Source: Thermoanaerobaculia bacterium (lineage in GTDB: Bacteria; Acidobacteriota; Thermoanaerobaculia; UBA5066). Taken from it: a stretch of DNA of 64,000 nt. The stretch lies in contig CAVRAY010000002.1 of assembly GCA_963719225.1 (NCBI GenBank), positions 384,001-448,000 on the forward strand, read 5' to 3'. The position numbers were made by a program, and so were the translations under genes. Positions 60,726-64,000 of the stretch are shown piece after piece (the stretch's first letter is position 1; every line of letters begins with the position of its first letter). The notes under the pieces are model-generated. The model was given only the letters and a program-made list of their open reading frames with translations. It ran no database searches and was not told the DNA's origin.

Positions 60726-60908
60726 CAGGGTCCGGCTTCGCGCGGACGAAAGGCCCAGAACTCCCCCCGCGATCCCGGGCACGAGCAGGCGTCCGTCCGG
60801 GAATTCGCGTCTTTTCCTCCGGCGAAGCACCCCTGGACGCCGTCGAGGACGAGGCAGAGGGTCCAGGATCTCGAACGGACCGAGCCGCGTTCCGGGAGCG
60901 AGGGGCAC
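60726..60908 (-). pseudogene. Collapsed remnant of a Ser/Thr protein kinase gene
   Basis: Starts MPLAPGTRLGPFEILDPL, the canonical start of these kinases, but the following GxGGMG loop and all catalytic motifs are absent. Confidence 0.6.
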
Positions 60909-60923
60909 TGAAGAAAGGATACG

Positions 60924-61502
60924 TCAGCGTGCGAGCCACGAAACGCCGACGACGCCGGAGTAGAAGCTCAGTCCGGGGTTGTCCGATCCCGCGAGGCCGA
61001 GATTCGAGACGTGGACGCGCCGGATGCCGAGAGAGACGACGCGATCGGGTCCGGCCCGGACGAGGACGAGGCCGGCGAACTCGTCGAGGAAGTTGAACCG
61101 CGAGCCCTCGGCGGGAATCCGCGAGAACCCCCAGAAGATCCCGACGGCTCCTTCGAGCCTCAGACCGAAACGCGCATCCTTCGACATCCACGTCCAGGAG
61201 AGAACGGGCGCGGCGGCCACGGCGTACGCGACCTCGCGCGGGCGGCCCGGCAGATCCACGCGCGTCTGGTTCACGACGAAGAGCGGCGTGAATTCGATGC
61301 CCAGCGAGAAGCGGGAGCCGAGCGGAGAATCGCGCGTCACGGAAAGCGTCGCCGCCTCCGCGAAGCCCTGCGACCGAGGCGCGGACGCCTGGCCGTAGGA
61401 CGCGAAGACGTGCCACTCCTGGGCGAGGGCACATTCACCTTCTAAGAAAAACAACGGTGCGGCAAGCAAGAACGCAGCACGACGCGAGAGGGTCCGAGTC
61501 AA
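60924..61502 (-). CDS. PagL-like lipid A 3-O-deacylase / acyloxyacyl hydrolase outer-membrane barrel
   Basis: TTGA-coupled start, signal peptide ALA-Q, FNF, HVSNLG..DNPG catalytic motif, terminal GVSW. Confidence 0.8.
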   Translation of the reverse strand: MTRTLSRRAAFLLAAPLFFLEGECALAQEWHVFASYGQASAPRSQGFAEAATLSVTRDSPLGSRFSLGIEFTPLFVVNQTRVDLPGRPREVAYAVAAAPVLSWTWMSKDARFGLRLEGAVGIFWGFSRIPAEGSRFNFLDEFAGLVLVRAGPDRVVSLGIRRVHVSNLGLAGSDNPGLSFYSGVVGVSWLAR

Positions 61503-62860
61503 TCCGGCCTCTTGACGACCTTTCCGCGCGAAACCACCGCGACTACTTTTTCCGTCGCCTTGATGTCCTTCAGCGGATCGCCCGCCACGGCCACGAGGTC
61601 GGCTGCACAGCCGGGCGCGAGACAGCCCAGGTTGCCCGCTTGCCCGAGAAGATCGGCCGCGACGACGGTCGCCGTGCGGAGAGCGTCCCACGGCGTCATG
61701 CCCCACGCGACCATGAAGGAGAACTCCTCGGCCTGGTTCCGCTTGTCCCAGTCGAAGCCGCCCGCGTCCGTCCCGAAAGCGATCGGTGCGCCCGCTTTGT
61801 AGGCGCGCTTGAAGGAATCCTGCGAGGCGGCCCAGAGCTGGTCCCAGATGGGGTTCGTCTTCGACCGCGGGCCCTTCACGAAGTCCGCGACCGTGATCGT
61901 CGGGCAGTACGCGACTTTCCGGGCGACCATGGCCTTCACGGTCTCGTCATCCAGCACGTCGCCGTGCTCGAGGGAATCCACGCCCGCCGCGAGCGCGACA
62001 CGGTGGCCGGACGGCGTCATGGAGTGAGCGGCGACCTTCTTCCTCAGTTTGTGGGCCTCCTCCACGATGGCCTTCATCTCGTCGGACGTGAAGTTCGGGA
62101 TCGCGGCCCAGGCACCGTCCGGCGTCCGGTAATAGCTGCGGTCCGCGTAGACCTTGATCCAGTCGACGCCGTTCTGGACCTGGAAGCGCACGGCCCTGCG
62201 GCAGTCGTCCGGCCCGTCGCACTTCAGGACGCCGTCGGGCATCTTTCGCTCCCAGGAGTAGCCGAGGAGGGGATAGCCGCCCGTGACGCTCATCGCGGGA
62301 CCCGACGTGAAGACGCGTGGTCCCGGGAGGATGCCTCGGTCGAACGCGTGCTTGAGGTCCACGTCCGCGAAGCCCGCGCCTTCGGTCCCGAGGTCGCGGA
62401 CCGTCGTGAAGCCGTGGTCGAGGGCGATGCCCGCGGCCCGGGCGGCGCGCAGGGCCCGATACGGGCCCGATTCGAGGAGCACCTGCTCGTCGTACTCGGT
62501 CGACGTCGCGTCGCCCTGGAGGAGGAGATGCGTGTGCGCGTCGATGAAGCCGGGGAGACAGGTATAGGAAGAGAGATCGAGGGCGGCGGCCGTCTTCGCG
62601 GCAGCCTCCGCTCCCGCCGGGACGCCGTCGGGGGATTTCTTCGAAGGTGAAGAGGGCGTGGGTGCGGGCGAAGCTCCCGATGGAGCGAGGCGCGCGACCT
62701 TTCCTCCTTCCAAGAAAATCTCCACGTTCGCCTTCGACGATCGCGTCCCCGGATCCAGAAGGGTCCCGCACCGAACGACCAGGGGCGCCTCGGCGGCGAC
62801 GAGACTCGTGGCGGCGAACACCGGCGCGGCGAGAACCAGCAGAAGATCCCTCGTTCGCAT
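61499..62860 (-). CDS. Exported amidohydrolase-family protein (Xaa-Pro dipeptidase-like)
   Basis: LPGFIDAHTH, GFTTVRDLG, WIK, AAHS, SLEHG, FGTDAG, ADLVAV.GDPL. Confidence 0.92.
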   Translation of the reverse strand: MRTRDLLLVLAAPVFAATSLVAAEAPLVVRCGTLLDPGTRSSKANVEIFLEGGKVARLAPSGASPAPTPSSPSKKSPDGVPAGAEAAAKTAAALDLSSYTCLPGFIDAHTHLLLQGDATSTEYDEQVLLESGPYRALRAARAAGIALDHGFTTVRDLGTEGAGFADVDLKHAFDRGILPGPRVFTSGPAMSVTGGYPLLGYSWERKMPDGVLKCDGPDDCRRAVRFQVQNGVDWIKVYADRSYYRTPDGAWAAIPNFTSDEMKAIVEEAHKLRKKVAAHSMTPSGHRVALAAGVDSLEHGDVLDDETVKAMVARKVAYCPTITVADFVKGPRSKTNPIWDQLWAASQDSFKRAYKAGAPIAFGTDAGGFDWDKRNQAEEFSFMVAWGMTPWDALRTATVVAADLLGQAGNLGCLAPGCAADLVAVAGDPLKDIKATEKVVAVVSRGKVVKRPD

Positions 62861-62899
62861 TTGACGGAGCCTCCATTCCAAAGCAGGATGCCGGGGATT

Positions 62900-63469
62900 A
62901 TGAGCCGCGTCGACGACCTGAGGCGGGCCCGGGATCGCATGGAGGCGGTGAGGGCCGAGATCTACGCGACCGTGTCCGGAAAGTCGGACGCCGAGCTCCT
63001 CTGCCCGCCACGCGGCGGCGGATGGTCGGCCGCGGAGGTTCTCGATCACCTCCGGGCGGCGGAGGGATCGCTCGTGAGGGCCCTGAGGAAGTTCGAAAAG
63101 GGAGAGCCGACGCGCGTGCCCAGGGTCGCGTGGTGGTACCGCCTGCCGATCTCGCCGTTCTTCTGGCAGATCCGGTTCACGGCGCCGAAGCTCGTCCGCC
63201 CGCGGCCCCGCGCGGAAGTGAGTCCGGCCGAAGTCCTCGAGGCTCTCCGGACCTCGCGCTGCGACCTCTTCGCGCTCGCGGAGCGCATGGGCGAAGAACG
63301 CTTCGCCGCGATGGTCTTTCCGCACTTCCTCCTCGGACGCTTCAGCGGCGTGACGTGGTTCCGATTCATCGGAAAGCACGAGGCGAGGCACCTCGCGCAG
63401 ATCCGCCGCGTCCTCGCGGGCCCGAAGGTGCTCCGGTGCGCGCCCGCCTCCGAGCGTCGGCTCGCTTAG
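62900..63469 (+). CDS. DinB/YfiT-family protein
   Basis: GWSAAEVLDHL, HFLLG, HEARHLAQI. Confidence 0.88.
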   Translation: MSRVDDLRRARDRMEAVRAEIYATVSGKSDAELLCPPRGGGWSAAEVLDHLRAAEGSLVRALRKFEKGEPTRVPRVAWWYRLPISPFFWQIRFTAPKLVRPRPRAEVSPAEVLEALRTSRCDLFALAERMGEERFAAMVFPHFLLGRFSGVTWFRFIGKHEARHLAQIRRVLAGPKVLRCAPASERRLA

Positions 63470-64000
63470 CGCGCGCCGCGGCCCGTCAGGACGGTTGGAA
63501 TCGTGCGCAGGAGGATCTTCGCGTCGAGGCCGAGGCTCCAGTTGTCGATGTAGGCGAGATCGAGGTTCATCCACTCGTTGAACTCGGCGATCTCGTTCCG
63601 TCCCGACACCTGCCAGAGTCCCGTGACGCCCGGCTTCATCGAGAGCCGGCGGCGCTGCCACCTCTCGTAGCGCGCGACTTCCTCGGGGAGCGGCGGGCGC
63701 GGCCCTACGAGCGACATTTCGCCGCGCAGGACGTTCCAGAGCTGCGGGACCTCGTCGAACGAGAAGCGGCGGATGAGGCGGCCGAACGCCGTGAGGCGCG
63801 GATCGTTCGCCGCCTTGAAGACGGGGCCCTCGTGCTCGTTGAGGTGCGCGACGCCGGGCATCAGCTCCTCCGCCCCTTCGACCATCGTCCGGAGCTTGAC
63901 GAGCGTGAAGGGCCGGCCGTTCAGCCCGCAGCGCGTCTGGCGGAAGAGCACCGGCCCTTTCGACGTGAGCTTGATGGCGAGCGCCGCGAGCGTGACGGGT
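63466..64000 (-). CDS. Priming sugar transferase (WcaJ/WbaP family), 5' part outside the window
   Basis: KLRTM, DPRLT, DEVPQLWNVLRGEMSLVGPRP, KPGVTGLWQVSGR, DLAYIDNWS. Confidence 0.93.
   Translation of the reverse strand, partial: PVTLAALAIKLTSKGPVLFRQTRCGLNGRPFTLVKLRTMVEGAEELMPGVAHLNEHEGPVFKAANDPRLTAFGRLIRRFSFDEVPQLWNVLRGEMSLVGPRPPLPEEVARYERWQRRRLSMKPGVTGLWQVSGRNEIAEFNEWMNLDLAYIDNWSLGLDAKILLRTIPTVLTGRGAR

Overview
High-GC bacterial chromosomal segment. The gene content (Oar-type TonB receptors, LytS/LytTR pairs, acidobacterial-type Hfq, an MPLAPGTRLGP kinase start) suggests Acidobacteriota, possibly Thermoanaerobaculia; this is an inference. Most long ORFs in the supplied track are antisense shadows, and about 48 genes look real. 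Main blocks: (1) 1.5-15.7 kb: three TonB-dependent receptors around a LytS/LytTR pair, with an exported JAB/MPN-like protein between kinase and regulator and 20-21 bp-phased LytTR-type boxes upstream. (2) 15.8-29.6 kb: a lipid-linked-sugar glycosylation island with three large GT-C proteins (DUF2298, NHL and PA14 domains), an SGNH hydrolase, a GT2 and a methyltransferase. (3) A Rieske/cytochrome b/diheme c operon. (4) A LiaF-like/LytS/SPFH/LytTR envelope-stress cluster interrupted by an IS5. (5) A SAM-I riboswitch-controlled yitJ-metH operon, with an IS1202-like element (16-bp target duplication) beside its promoter. (6) purD, a UGA-recoded PrdB-like selenoprotein with a SECIS hairpin, a frameshifted pgi, a ROK kinase, RicT, Hfq, an M20 peptidase, a collapsed Ser/Thr kinase remnant, a PagL-like protein, an amidohydrolase, DinB and a partial sugar transferase. 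Many genes appear leaderless. No rRNA, tRNA or CRISPR array was seen. All family calls come from recognising motifs by eye; no searches were run.
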